A stretch of DNA of 64,000 bases. It comes from the human T2T-CHM13v2.0 reference genome, Homo sapiens. A program made the position numbers and the translations under genes. Location of the stretch: the NCBI RefSeq assembly GCF_009914755.1, contig NC_060942.1. One strand, 5' to 3'. Position 1 is the first letter of the stretch; the number at the start of each line of letters is the position of its first letter. The notes under the pieces were generated by a model, which saw only the letters and a list, made by a program, of their open reading frames with translations, was not told where the DNA came from and did no database searches. This document shows positions 11,541 through 24,940 of the stretch, in pieces.

Positions 11541-14394
11541 TAAATCAGTTTTTAAATCTTTTCTTTGGGCGGGGGGCGGGGGCAGGAGTAGGGGACAAAA
11601 CCCTTGTCTCTGGCATAACTTTGCCTGAAAGTTACCTTGGGAGAAAGGGCTGATGGCATTGGTTGGTGAATGTGAAAGAGAAGAGGAGTTATTTGTGGAG
11701 CAAGGCTTCTAAGGCTTTGAAAAGGAATGTAATTAAGTGTACAAATAAAGAGTATTATCCTTAAAAAGGAGAAAAAACTCAGAGGAACAAGGGAGTGTGA
11801 GGTAAAAGTGAGGTGGAAGGAACTCCGGTCTGATGAGGTGGGATTTCTCTGTAGAGAGGCAAGGACTATGTTGGCTGGTCTGAGGATGTGCACAAGGGAA
11901 GGTAGAGGGTGAGAGAGGGGGTCCAGGAGAGGAGCTGTAAAGAATAGTAAGGCTTGGTCTGGCTAGTTAGTGTAGGTTTACAGGGGACCTTGCCAGTGTT
12001 TCAGAACTTTCTAATGCCACTATCCTAGAAGTTGAAGCAGAAAAAGTGAAGAGTAGAACTTACTGAGGGTTAGAGATTGTATGTAAGGCTGAAAGGTCCA
12101 ATGAAGTGAGGGATTTTTTGTGTGTCAAAGAGTACCTTATTACAAAGGTAATATGACTTCTGTGTTGGAAGCTGAGCACATTAAACTAGAAGGCTGGTTA
12201 AGTGTACTAGGAGGCAACTTCCTGCAGACGGAGAAGAACAAGTTTGGCAGGGGTGAGGGAACCTAAGCCCCAGTGGTCAGGAGACCATGATGGTGGTGTA
12301 TTTTATGCCTGGGTTTGGTTTTGGCTGAAGAGTAGTTTAAGGTATAGACAGGCAGGTTGGTGTTGAGACTCGAGACAGAGGACAAATCAGGATTGAGGCC
12401 AATGGGGACTATAAGCTTGGATGTTGCTGCTAACAGAGGTTTGAGGTGAGCTTTGGAAATGGGGAGGAAGATGGTAACTCTAGTGTTGAAATCAACTCAT
12501 TAGGGGAGGCTAGATGGTGCCTTAAAGATCAGTGTCAGTGTGAGGGTAAGTTTTTTGGGATGGGGCCTAAATGAAGAGGCAGATTCTGACAAATACACAA
12601 TTCAGATTCTCCTGTTACAATATGATATTTCAATAGCATGGAAAATATCCCATGTAAAATACTCTTAATATATAACAAAAAAGTAATGTAATATTTAATA
12701 ACAAGATAATTTACATAATGAAATGATATATGAAAAGATTTTGCTTAGAGGAAAGAGAGGTGGAGTCTGCCTGGGACACACACACAGAGATGCTGGCCCT
12801 GACCTGATTTGTTCTGATTTACTAGCAACTCCCAGACTTGTGGGAGGTGACAGTGGCTGATCCAATCATACCATCACTTGGGAGCCTAAAAGTACTTGCA
12901 GTACCAACTTTTTGAGGGATGACTGACTTGAAAAAATTCTTCAGATTTCCCTTAAACTTTTAACAGTGGAAGAGCATTGATTTGTTTAGTAACCAGACCA
13001 TAAACCTATGGCAACAAGCTGCTGCGTGTCCACTCTCTGCCCTCCAAACAAAACTAAACAGAAACATTGTGAATTTAGGGATGCTCTTTTCTCTCACCTG
13101 ATGTTAACATGTTTTTGCATAAAAAATACTCTTGGCAGAGTGGGACAATAAGATAATTTTTTTTACATTATTAAATAGTGGCAATTTTTTTTTCTTAAGA
13201 GAAAAAATAACATGTTTACATAGTAAAATATCCTGACGGTATCAAAAAGTACACAGTGAAAACTAACTGTTCTATTCTAGTAATTTTTTCTTAATGTTGT
13301 AAATGGAAGTCATAAATATTTCTGGGCCAGATGAGAGTTGCCTCAAAATTATTTTCTGAATTAGAATATTATGAAGAGATATGATAACTAAGCTAGATGG
13401 GAAAGAAATTACCAGTTGGGTGTGACATGCTGGTAGGCATTTTTAAAAAGTTAAATTTGGGGTGCATTTTGAGAAATGGAAGGAGGTGGGGAATGTGTAT
13501 TTGAGAGAGAGAGGGTGCTGCGAAAACTAAGGAAAACAGCAGAGAGTTTGGAGAGAATTTAGGATACTGATTTTAAATATAGAGATTAGGGTAGATTATG
13601 TTGGAGAAGAACAAAGCACAAAGAGGCTTTCACAGTCAATGGGGGTTTATCTGAGCCCTGAACTAGAAAAACTCTTTTCCCCAGAGACCCCAAATGGGAG
13701 CTCTGACTGTAGCTTGATTCAGATTGGGTCAAAAAGGTGGAAATAGGTAGACAAGTCAAAATAGACGGGGTTCTAGGAGGCTATGGTAATAATAATATCA
13801 TTCCTGGAAAAAATTGTTGAAGGCTTTAAACCTGAAGCAAGCCAGCTGGGTAACTTTTATATTCTTCTCTCACTTCTGAATGTTCTTTGCCTTTAAATGC
13901 TATTGAACTATAATAGAGTTTCATTATGAACTTGAACCTTATGTATGCTAAAAAAGTGTGTTGAGCTAGAGAGGTGGGAGTTAGGGGGAAGGGCATAGAA
14001 ACTTGGTTCTTCGTGAAAGGTCTCCACCCTAGTGTACTTGTAGATACCTGAGAGTGAGTGTTTTTTTCTTTCTTTATTTTTTTACAGAACTCTTTGAAAG
14101 GGACTTTATAAAAATACACCCTAGAATTTCACCGGGCAGAAATTTCAGGTCAGATATAGGTGGGCCCACTTCCTCCCATGCAACTCAACTCCACACCATA
14201 GTTCCTCACATCTCTAGGGGAAGTCTCCATACCTTATTCCATTGCTCATCACATCTTAGCCTCTGGCTTTCTCACTGTATTTACTAGAACATCTTTCCAA
14301 GACTTGCTGTTCTTATCCTCAGCAGAGCCTCCAGTTCCAACATGAGCCCCAGCACAGTATGTTCATGTTGTACTCCACTGACTGTTCTTCATTC

Positions 14395-14895
14395 ACTACT
14401 CAATTGGATTCTTCAGTTGTAGGCAGTAGAATCCACCTCCGCCTAACTTAGCAGGAGTTAATTTATTGGAAAGGAATTAGAAGCTCACAGAACCGATGGA
14501 ATTCTAGAGAACCAGCCTTGGGAACAGATTAGTGGAAACTAAGGCAACTCTTGGGGGCTAGGAAGCAGAATTGCAGGAGTGACCTGATCAACAGATTACC
14601 ACTGGGATGATTGAACCCAGTCTGTTCTTTCATCCTTGAATGTTACTTGCCCAAGATTTAAGAGTCCTGGAGAAAGCATCTAGTTGGTGAAACCTAGGTC
14701 ATGCTGGATGTACCAGGGGTGAGAGTAGGGATTTATAGTATTTGCAAGAACCTCCAGGAATCCCTTTGGCATCCATTAGTGGGAGGGTAGTCATATGGAG
14801 TTACATTCTCACTGGGATTATACAAGGGCAGGTAATTCTCCAACAGGAAATTAGGACGTGGGGAGAGATGGATGCTGAGCAGCCAAAATGAAATA
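14395..14895 (-). mobile_element. Old MLT1-type (ERVL-MaLR) solo LTR
   Basis: ggattcttcagttgtaggcagtagaatcc...aatttattggaaagga...gatggatgctgagcagcc pattern; subfamily uncertain. Confidence 0.6.
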
Positions 14896-14964
14896 CCTCC
14901 TCCAGACCCCTTGTCAACATTAAATAACTTAATGACTCTTTACATTCTAGTAGTTTACTTATAT

Positions 14965-15165
14965 AAGACAAATAATGACAGTTTGTTTAGTGCTTTTCTC
15001 AGTAGAATTTGTATTGTGTCTGATATTGGCCCTTTACATGCTGCTCCTTTAATTATCTCAACAGTCTTGTGATATAGGCAGCTTGTATGAACTGACCTGG
15101 TAGTAGGTGTCAGGAGTCAGGGTGCAAACTCAAGCAATCTGGGCTACCTTGCCTATATGCGGTTT
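14965..15165 (-). mobile_element. MIR fragment
   Basis: gtttgtttagtgc...tttaattatctcaacagtcttgtgatataggc...aaactcaagcaatctgg. Confidence 0.5.
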
Positions 15166-15470
15166 AAAACATTATCATGAATTAGTTAATACTTTTAAAT
15201 GAATTTGGATTCATCGGTCGTTAGCATATGTGTACTTTTAAAATAATAGTCAAATTCATGTAATAAAACAGTTTACATCTTTTAAGTCACAACTTAAGTT
15301 CATCTTTTCAACATATATATGTAAATGCCTTGAAATTAGGCATTAAATGCTGTGATTCTTTATGCTGGGGACATTCTAAGACTTCACTTCTAGCTGTTTT
15401 GAATTATACAATATATCATTGTTAACTATAGTCACCTGACTATACTATTGAGCAATAGCTTTTCATCTAA

Positions 15471-15530
15471 CTCCCCTCCCCTCCCCTCCCCTCCCCTCCC
15501 CTCCCCTCCCCTCCCATCCCCTCCCCTCCC
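15471..15530. repeat. (CTCCC)12 pentanucleotide microsatellite in an Alu tail
   Basis: Twelve 5-bp units, one variant (atccc at 15516). Confidence 0.95.
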
Positions 15531-15816
15531 TTCTCTTCTTTTTCAACAGAGTCTTGCTCTGCTGCCCAGGGTGGAGTGCAGTGGCGCGACCTCAGTTCAC
15601 TGCAGCCTCCGGATTCAAGCGATTCTCCTGCCTTAGCCTCCCAAGTAGCTGGGATTACAGTGCCCACCACCACCCCCTGCTAATTTTTGTATTTTTAGTA
15701 GAGATGAAGTTTCACCATGTTGGCCAGGCTGGTCTCGAACTCCTGACCTCAGGTGATCTTCCTGCCTCGGCCTTCCAAAGTATTGGGATTACAGGCGTGA
15801 GCCACTGTGCCTGGAC
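15531..15816 (-). mobile_element. AluS
   Basis: Full dimer; TSD atctaact at 15465-15472 and 15818-15825 brackets the Alu plus the microsatellite. Confidence 0.95.
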
Positions 15817-16848
15817 AATCTAACTGTATTTTTGTACCCAGTAACCAGTCTCTCATCTCCCCTTCTCCTCCCTACCCTTCCCAGCCTCTGGTAACCATCA
15901 TTTCACTCTCTACCTCTGTGAGATCCACTTTCTTAGTTCTCACATACGAGTGAGAACACGAGGTATTTGTCTTTTTGTGCCTGGCTTATTTCACTTAACG
16001 TAATGACCTGCAGTTCCATCCATGTTGTTGAAAATGATAGGATTTCATTTTTTATGGCTGAATAATATTCCATTCTATCTATGTACCACATTTTCTTTAT
16101 CCATTCATCTATTGATGGATGCTTAGGTTGATTCCATTATTTTGGCTATTGTAAATAGTACTGCAATAAACATGGGAGTGTCTATATCTCTTCAATATAC
16201 TGATTTCCTTTCTTTTGGATATATACCCAGCATTGGGGTTGCTGGATCATATGGTACTTCTGTTTTTAGTTTTTTAGGAACCTCCATGCTGTTTTCCTTA
16301 ATGGCTGTACTAATTTACATTCCCACCAACAGCATATAAGGGCTCCCCTGTCTCTGCATCCTTGCCAGCATCTGTTATTTTCTTGTCCTTGTAGTAAAAA
16401 GCTATTTTAACTAGGGTGAGATGATATCTCATTGTGGTTTTCATTTGCATTTTCCAGGTGATGTATCCAGGCGTTTTTTTTTTTTTTTTTCATGTACGTG
16501 TTGGCTATTTGTATGTCTTCTTTTTATTGAAATCTTTAGCCCATTTTACAATTGGATTATTTGTTGTTTTGCTTTTGAGTTCCTTGTAATTCTGGTTATT
16601 AATCCTTCATTGGATGGATAGTTTACAGGTGTTTTCTCCTATTATAAACAGGTTATCTCTTCACTTTGTTGTTTCCTTTGCTCTGCAGAAGCTTTTTAGC
16701 TTGATGTGCTCCCATTTGCCTACATTTACCTTTGTTGCCTGTGTTTTTGAGGTCCAACCCAAAAAGTTTTTGCCCAGACCAATGTCCTGAGGCATTTTTG
16801 CAGTGTTTTCTTCTAGTAGTTTAATAGTTTCAGGTATGAGATTTACAC

Positions 16849-17145
16849 TTTTTTTTTTTTTTTTTTTTTAAGACAAGGTCTCACTCTGTCATTCAAGCTG
16901 CAGTGAATTATGGCACAATCACAGCTCACTGTAGCCTTGAACTCCGGGGCTCAAGTGATCCTCCCACCTCAGCCTCCTAAGTAGCTGGGACCACAAACAT
17001 GCACTGCCACATCCAGCTAATTTTCTGTATTTTGGATAAAGACCTGGTTTCACCAGGCTGGTCCCAAACTCCTGAGCTCAAGCAGTCTGCCCGCCTTGGT
17101 CTCCCAAAGTGCTGGGCTTACAGGTGTGAGCCATTACGCCTAGCC
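16849..17145 (-). mobile_element. AluJ
   Basis: AluJ diagnostics (gctcactgtagccttgaactcc, gctcaagtgatcctcccacc); TSD agattta on both sides. Confidence 0.93.
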
Positions 17146-20100
17146 AGATTTAAGTTTTTAAATCCATTTTGAGTTGATTTCTGTATATGATGAGAAATAG
17201 GGATCTAGCTTTATTCTTCTGTGTATGGTCATATAGTTTTCCCAGCTGGATTTATTGAAGAGACTGTCCTTTCCCCAGTGATTATTCTTCTTGCCTTTTT
17301 CAAAAATGAGTTGGCTGTAAATGCGTGGATTTCTATCTGGGTTCTGTATTCTGTTCCATTGATCTTTGTGTCTGTTTTTATGTTAGTATCATGCTGTTTT
17401 GGTTACTATGGCTTTCTAATACATTTTGAAGTCAGGTAGTGTGATGCCTACAGCTTTATTCTTTTTGCCTGGGATTGCTATGGCTATTTGGGGTCTTTTG
17501 TGGTTCCAATTTAGGATCGTCTTTTCTATTTCTGTGAAGAATGTCCTTGGTATTTTGATAGGGATGCCCTGAATCTGTAGATCACATTAGGTAGGATGGA
17601 CATTTTCACAATATTAGTTATTCCAATTCATGAGCATGGAATATTTTCCCATTTTTAAAATGTCCTCTTTAATTTCTTTCATCAGTGTTTTATAGTTTTC
17701 CTTGTAGAGATCATTCCTTTCTTTGTTTAACTTTATTCCTAGGTATTTTATATTTTTTGTATTTAATAGCTATTGTAGGATTGCTTTCTTAATTTCTTTT
17801 TCGTTTTGTTTGATGTTGGTGTGTATTAATGTTAGTGATTTTTGTTGTTGATTGTGTATTCTGCAACTTTACTGGATTTGATTATTGGTTCTAGTAGTTT
17901 GCTGATGGAGTCTTAGGGTTTTCTAAATATAATACCATGTTGTTGCAAACAAGGATAATTTGACTACTTTCTTTCCAATTTGGAGGCCCTTTATGTCTTT
18001 TTCTTTTTGAATTGCTCTGGCTAGGACTTCCAGTACTGTTTTGAAGAGAAATGGTGAATATGAGCATCCTTGTCTTGTTCCAGATCTTAGAGGAAAGGCT
18101 TCAGTTTTTTCCCATTCAGTACAATGTTAGCTGTGGGTTTGTCACATATGGCCTTTATTTTTGCGGGGAGGGGTATGATCCTTCTATACCATTAACATTC
18201 TATTAATGTGATGTGTCAAGTTTATTGACTTGCATATTTTGAGCTATTCTTGCATCACTGGGAAGAATCTCACTTGATCGTGGTGAATGATTTTTTTAAT
18301 ATGTTGTTCAAGTTGGTTTGCTAGCATTTTCTTGAGGATTTTTGCATATTACGTTCATCAGGGATATTGGTCTGTAGTTTTCTTTTTTTGTTGTGTCCTT
18401 GTCTGTTTTTGGTATATGAGTAATGGTAGCCTAACAGAATGAGTTTGGAAGTATTTCCTTCCTTCTCTTTACTTTTTTGGAATAATTTGAGTAGAATTGG
18501 TATTAGTTCATCTTTTAAGTGTTTGGTAGAATTCAGCAGTGAAGCCATCAGGTTCTGGGCTTTTCTTTGATGGGAGACTTTTTATTTACAGATTTAATCT
18601 TGTTACTTTTGATTGGTCTGTTCAGGTTTTCTATTTCTTTATGTTTTAATTTTGATGGGTCTTATGTGTTCAGGAATTTATCCCTTTCTTCTAGGTTTTC
18701 CAATTTTTTGGTGTATAGTTCTTAATAGTCTCCAATGATCCTCTGTATTTCTATGGTATCATTTGTTAATGTCTTGTTTTTCAGTTTTGATTTTATTTAT
18801 GTAGGTCCTCTCCCTTTTTTGCTTATTTTCTTAGTCTACCTAAGGGTTTGTTGATTTTATTAATCTTTTCAAAAAACAACTTTTTGTTGTGTAGATCTTT
18901 TATATTTTTTGGTCTCAATTTACTTTTTTCCTGTTCTTTATTATTTTTTCCTTCTATTAATTTGGAATTTTTGTTCTTGTTTTTCTAGTTACTTGAGGAG
19001 TATTGTTAGGTTGTTTATTTGAAATCTTTCTACTGTTTTGATGTAGATGTTTATTTCTATAAATATCCCATAGATTTTGATACGTTGTGTATCCTCATTA
19101 TTGATTTCTGGTTTTACTTCATCACGGTCAGAAAAGATACTTGATATAATTTTGACAGATTTGAATTTGTTGAGACTTGTTTTGTGGCCTGCCAGATGGT
19201 CTGTCCTGGAGAATGTTCCATGTGCCGATGAAAAGAATATGTATTCTGCAGCAGTTACATGTTCAGTAAATGTGAGTTAGGTCCCTTTGGTCTAGTGTAA
19301 TTTATATTGTCTTATGACTTAACAGGTTGCTGTAGTTTCTGTTTTTGATAGATTTGTCTTTTAGTCGTCATTCTAGTGATGTGAATGGATTACACATTGC
19401 AATTACAGTATTGAGTATTCTGAATTTGTCTGTTTACTTTTACCAGTGAGCTTTATACCTTCAAATGTTTTGTTTTTGCACATCAGCATCCTTTTCTTTC
19501 AGATTGAAGAACTCCCTTTAGCATTTGTTATGAGTCAGGTCTAGCAGTGGTAAATACCTTTAGTTTTGTTTGTCTGGGAAATACTTGATCTCTCCATGTC
19601 TGGAGGAAAGCTTTGCTGGGTCATCTGGGTTGGTAATTTTTTTTCTTTAGCACTTGGAATATGTTGTCACACTCCCTTTTGGCTTGTGTAGTTTCCAGTG
19701 AAGTTTCTTGCCAGATGAATTAGAGCTCCTTTGCATCATGTCATTTGCTTCTTTTTTCTTGCTGCTTTTAGGATCCTCCTTTTGTCCTTGACCTTTGAGA
19801 GTTTGATCATTATATCTTGGGGTAGCGTTATTTGGGTTGAATTGTTTGGTGATCTCTGACCTTCCTGTATCTGTGTATTTATATCTTTCTCTAGGTTTGG
19901 AAAATTTTCTGTTATTTATTTGAATAAGCTTTCTATCCCCGTCTTTCTCAACTCCCAGTTGAACACCAGTGATTCTTAGATCTTCTGTTTGAAGTTATTC
20001 TGTATATCTTGTAGGTGTTCTTTGTTCGTTTTTATTCTTTTTTTTCCTCTTCTGACTGTATTTTCCAATATCCTGTCTTCGAGCTCATATTGTTCGGCTT

Positions 20101-21199
20101 GATCCATTCTCCTGTTGAGACCCTCTAATACACTTTTCAGTTTAGCAAATGTATTTCTCAGTTCCAGGATTTCTATTTCATGTTTTAAAAAACATTTCAA
20201 TCTTTGGTAAATTTTTCTGATAAATTTCTGAATTGTTTTTCTGTGTTACCTTGGAGCTTGCTGATTTCCCATAGAATTGTTATTTTGAATTCTTGATCTG
20301 AGAGCTCGCACATTGCTGTCTGCTTAGGGTTGGTCTCTGGCTTCTCACTTTGTCCTTCTGGGGAAGCCATAATTCCCTGTTTGCTGTTTCTTGTGGATGT
20401 ATGTCTATGACTTCACATTAAAGGGTTGGTTTTTTATTCCAGTCTTCTCTATATGTCTTGTCTTTCTAGAGTATGTTTGCTTAGAAGTTCTTTGCAGTTG
20501 ACTGTAATTTTCATTTATCCTAGATCACTGCCTCCTTTTTGGCACTGCATGGTGCCTTAAGTCTAGGTTTTCCTTGGCTCTTGCAAATACTCAGAGCACT
20601 GCCTGTCCCAGATGGAGGTGGGAGAGTGGGAGGGTTTTTCTCCTTACAAGCTTCTTGTGGGTTGAGGCAAGAACAGGGAACCCAAGCTGGTGGGGAAGCT
20701 GGCCTTTCACCTTGACCTCACTTTTTCCAGTGTAGAAATTGTGAGACAGGGAGGAATTTTCCATGTGCAGTGCCTAGCAGATTGTGGGAGGGGTATTGTG
20801 GAGAGAGAAGTCTGTTTCTCTTACTGTCTGCTTGGAGTTTTTCCACTTCTCTGTGGCCCTGGAGATCTTACTAGCCTCAGATTCAAGTTCTGGGGTATTG
20901 CTGGTGATATTCTTGGGACTGAATATTTGTTTTTGGTTTTCTGCAGAGGAGGGTAAAGCCAGATTGCTGCAATTTTGGTAACATCACTTCCTCTATACAT
21001 ATTTTAAATGGTAGCATCATGTATTTGTGACACACACACGTTAATTTATTAATTTGTTTTGAAAGTGTTAATGAGGCAATTCCTTACCTTCCCAAGACTT
21101 GTGGACTGTATATAGATTAGGAAACCCTGGCTGTCCTCGTAGTGGCATGTGATTATCTCCCAATCATGACTTCTCTTCTTCCCCACTGTGTGGCAATCA

Positions 21200-21360
21200 T
21201 TGGTGGACCCTGGAGCTCCATCCCTCTACAGTTAAGCCAGCTCTAAACTTTGCCCTCCCCTGGAACTAACAGTTATGTGAGCCAGTAAATTTCCTCGTGT
21301 TTAAGCAGTTTGAGGTGGAATTTCTGATCTCTTAAAGCTAAAGGTATCCCAACTGATGTA
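21200..21360 (+). mobile_element. MLT1 LTR 3' fragment
   Basis: gttatgtgagccagtaaatttcctcgtgtttaagcagtttgaggtggaatttctg...aactgatgta MLT1 terminus. Confidence 0.55.
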
Positions 21361-21396
21361 GTAATGCAGAATTAGAATGTAAGGAAATAAGAGGGT

Positions 21397-22270
21397 TTTT
21401 CTTTATTTTTTTCTTTCCAACTTTTAGGTTCGGGGGTACATGTGCAGGTTTGTTACATGGGTATATTGCATGCCACTGGGGTTTGGTGTGCAGATTCTTT
21501 CATCACCCATGTAGTGAGCATAGTACTTGATAGATAGTTTTTCGATCCTCACCCTCCTCCCACCCTTCACCCTCAACTAGGCCCCAGTATCTATTTTTAC
21601 CCTTCTTTGTGTCCATGTGTACTCAATGTTTCGCTCCCACTTATAAGAACATGTGGTATTTTGGTTCCTATTTTAATTCACTTAGGATAATGGCCTCTAT
21701 TTGCATTCATGTTGTTGCAAAGGACGTGATTTTGTTCTTTTAAATGGCTGCGTGGTACTCCATGGTGTATATGTACCACATTTTCTTTATCCAGTCAACT
21801 GCTGATGATGGGCATCTAGATTGATTTCATGTCTTTGCTATTGTGAGTAGTGCTGCGATAAACATACACGTGCATGTGTCTTTATGGTAGAATGATTTAT
21901 ATTCCTTTGAATACATACCCAGTAATGGGATTGCTGGGTCAAGTAGTAGTTCTAAGTTTTTTGAGAAATCTCCAAGCTGCTTTCCACAGTGACTGACCTC
22001 ATTTACATTTCAACCACCAGCATATAAGCATTTCCTTTTCCCTACAGCTGCACCAGCATGTTATTTTTTGACTTTTTAATAATAGTCATTCTGACTGGTG
22101 TGAGGTGATATCTCACTGTGATTTTGATTTGCATTTCTCTAATGATTAGAGATGTTGAACATTTTTTCATATGCTTATTGGCCGTGTGTATGTCTTCTTT
22201 TGAGAAGTGTCTGTTCATGTTCCTTTGTCCATCTTTTAATAGGATTGTTTGTTTTTTGCTTGCTGATTTG
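21397..22270 (-). mobile_element. 5'-truncated L1PA15/16-like element
   Basis: ttttaggttcgggggtacatgtgcaggtttgttacatgggt 3' UTR followed by ORF2 C-terminal sequence. Confidence 0.88.
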
Positions 22271-22709
22271 ATAACAAGATTTTTATGTTGGTATTTATAA
22301 GTTGAACACCAAGATATTGCTAAATAGGCTAGTCCCTCAATCTGGCATGTTAGAAACTGCGTAAATTAGGACTCAGAGGACCACCTGGTTTTAGTTTCTA
22401 CTTTGCCACTCCCTACCTATATCACTAGACCTAAATTTCCTGAACAGTAAAAACAAGGATGTTGCCCTGAATAAGCTATAATTTACTTTTCATCTCAGAT
22501 ATTCTTTAATTTTGGAACCCATGCAAAATATCTGGTTAAATTTAATTAGGAGTTAAGAAGGTGAGGATTTTGCAGAACAGGTGTCTCAGATCTTTACTGT
22601 ATTTATTATGGTTTCATAGTCTAGTAGCCCCAAGATGTTCTGTTTCTACAACTTCTCTGTAAATGGCACTGGCAAAGTCTTTTAACAGTGTTTTAGAAAC
22701 TTTTTTTCT

Positions 22710-22998
22710 GACCTGGCACGGTGGCTCACGCCTGTAATCCCAGCACCTTGGGAGGCCGAGACAGGTGGATTGGAATTCAAGACCAGCCTGGCCAACATGG
22801 TGAAACCCCGTCTCTACTAAAAATACAAAAATTAGCCGGGTGTGATGATGGGCATCTGAAATCTCAGCTATTCAGGAGGCTGAGGCAGGAAAATTGCTTG
22901 AACTGAGGAGGCGGAGGTTGCCGTGAGCCAAGATTGTGCCACTGTATTCCAGTCTGGGCCCAGACTCTGTCTCAAAAAAAAAAAAAAGAAAAAGAAAA
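22710..22998 (+). mobile_element. AluS with two small internal deletions
   Basis: Dimer with A-tail; degenerate TSD agaaac(t)nct / agaaaaa(t)nct. Confidence 0.93.
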
Positions 22999-23044
22999 AT
23001 TTTTTTCTCTCAGGTGCTTAAAACGAGCAGTATTTTTATTTTTT

Positions 23045-23130
23045 AAAACTCTTAGATCTCCCTCCCTCCCTTTTTCTTCCTTTTTTTAACACTCTCAGAT
23101 CTTCCTCCCTCCCTGTTTCTTCCTTTTTTT
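23045..23130. repeat. Imperfect ~43-bp tandem duplication
   Basis: aaaactcttagatctccctccctccctttttcttccttttttt / aacactctcagatcttcctccctccctgtttcttcctttttttt. Confidence 0.85.
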
Positions 23131-23464
23131 AATTGTGGAAAATTTCTAATATGTATAGAAGTATAGAGAATAGTATAATGAACCCTCATATACTCATCAT
23201 CTAACCTCAGTAATTATCAACATTTTGATAGCCTTAAAATCAGTAGCTTTAAGGTGCTTGCATTTGACTCTTCTAAATAGGGACTTTTTTCCAGCTGAAC
23301 TCTAGACCTAAGCTAGGCATCTCTTGCTTCAGTGTTTCAGTTGCCTGCATGTTTGTTTAAGGTACTGTTCTTTTTAGCATCATAAGAAGGTATAGCACTG
23401 TGAAAACTAGTCTTTGTATTAGCAGTTCTGGCGAAACAATTATGAATATTTAGGCATTCATATT

Positions 23465-23850
23465 TGTACATATCAAGGTAGGATAAGTTATACTGTGCTA
23501 ACAGTCTATCCCAAAACCTCAGTGGCTTAAAATAACAAAACTTGTTGGTCTTGTGACTGATTGACTGGGGCCTTGGTTCTGCCTCACCCTCCCTCTGGAA
23601 CCAAGCTGAAAGAGCAGTTACTGTCTTGATTGTTGCCAGCACCATTGTAGAAGGAAAGAGAGCAGGGCAAATTGTGTGCAGTCTCATAAAGCTTCCGCCT
23701 GGAAGTGAGTCATGGCATTTCTGCTCACACTTGGCCAAAACAAGTCACGTGACTAACCTATATTTCTAGGGGATGGAAAAGTGCAAACTTATCATGTATT
23801 GGTGAAAAGAACCAGAAATGTTTGGTAGGCAACACTAATGACTATCACAG
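23465..23850 (-). mobile_element. MLT1J-like solo LTR
   Basis: ggataagttatactgtgctaaca...ctcagtggcttaaaataacaaa...aatgactatcaca; TG...CA ends. Confidence 0.75.
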
Positions 23851-24301
23851 TATTGTGAGAAATAGAAAATTTCACCTGTCTTTCAACTTGATGTATGACA
23901 GCTAAGGCTTCAAGAATTGTTTACCCTCATGCGACAAGTGTAGGTAATAGTATTAAAGTTATCCTCATTATTTTCTTAGCTGTTATTTTAAAGCCACTTT
24001 TAGACTAGTTAATTAGAAGTCCTCAGAGAAGGAATACCAATTTCTAGATTGGATCCCAAATTCTTTCTGGGAGGTACAGACTTTTCCCTTCTCTAAGGTG
24101 ATACAGTCAGCATATCAGAGAAGGGGCAGAATAGTTGTGGCTTCTTTACTTCTCATTATAGGAAGACCTTGCCCATCACTGTCCCTCTTCCTTTTTAAAG
24201 TAGGATTTTGATTTCAGTTGTGACATGGGTAAAATGCCAGGTCAGACTCTTGGATGTTTCAAGTGGGGTTTGGGATTCCAGATCAGATCTCTTTGTTGAT
24301 G

Positions 24302-24304
<3 letters not shown>

Positions 24305-24346
<42 letters not shown>
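24305..24346. repeat. (TG)21 microsatellite
   Basis: Perfect dinucleotide run. Confidence 0.98.
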
Positions 24347-24350
<4 letters not shown>

Positions 24351-24940
24351 GAGGCTGGGATTTATAGATTGTGACCATCCACTGTGAGAGACATAGTCAT
24401 AGCACTGGCCATATTTATATCACATTCCAGAGGAAACTGCCTGACCCCCACAGTTCCTGCTCAAAGGTGCTCTTAGTTGGTCATATTTTGTACCCCTCAG
24501 AAGTGAGCACCAGACTCAAGGCAGCCAGGTCAGTAGCACCTGCTGTGATATGACCTGGCTTGAAAAGATAAGTAGGCTGGCCACTCTGCCCTCTTCCTGA
24601 GAATTTAACTTCCCAGTCTAAGACAGAGGCCCTGAGTCTAACACAGTGCCATGGGAGAGTAAAAAAGCCATTATCATTCGTAGGCAGTTTGAGGCAATCA
24701 GAGGAAGTGAGGGTGGAGAAGAAAGAGAGAGCAGAGTTGATTGGGGATGAAAAGAGAAGAGGCTCTTGGAGTGTTGTCCTCATGGAGTCCTTGAGAGACA
24801 CTAATCCTTCTGCTGGGGTCCTTGGTGGGGCCTTGTGTTCTGCCAGAGCCGTTGTGTTTCTGCTTCCTTCTGTGATGCCTTACTCTATGGTTGTTTCTGC
24901 CCTGTTTGGCTTGGGATTCCTGGGTTCCTTGCATGCATGC

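Larger units (their letters stand above)
15370..20993 (-). mobile_element. L1MA (approx. MA6-9) element, internally deleted, interrupted by two Alus
   Basis: 3' UTR tgttaactatagtcacc...cccagcctctggtaaccatc; ORF2 remnant (ELIPILLKLFQK) and ORF1 remnant (EILELRNTFAKLKSVLEGLNRRMDQAE) on minus. Confidence 0.9.

Noticed and set aside
15448-15673. Pro-rich and Gly/Glu-rich repeat peptides
   Set aside because: Translations of the (CTCCC)n microsatellite.
23337-23738. 133-aa ORF on minus
   Set aside because: Mostly within an MLT1J-like LTR, with a non-ATG start.
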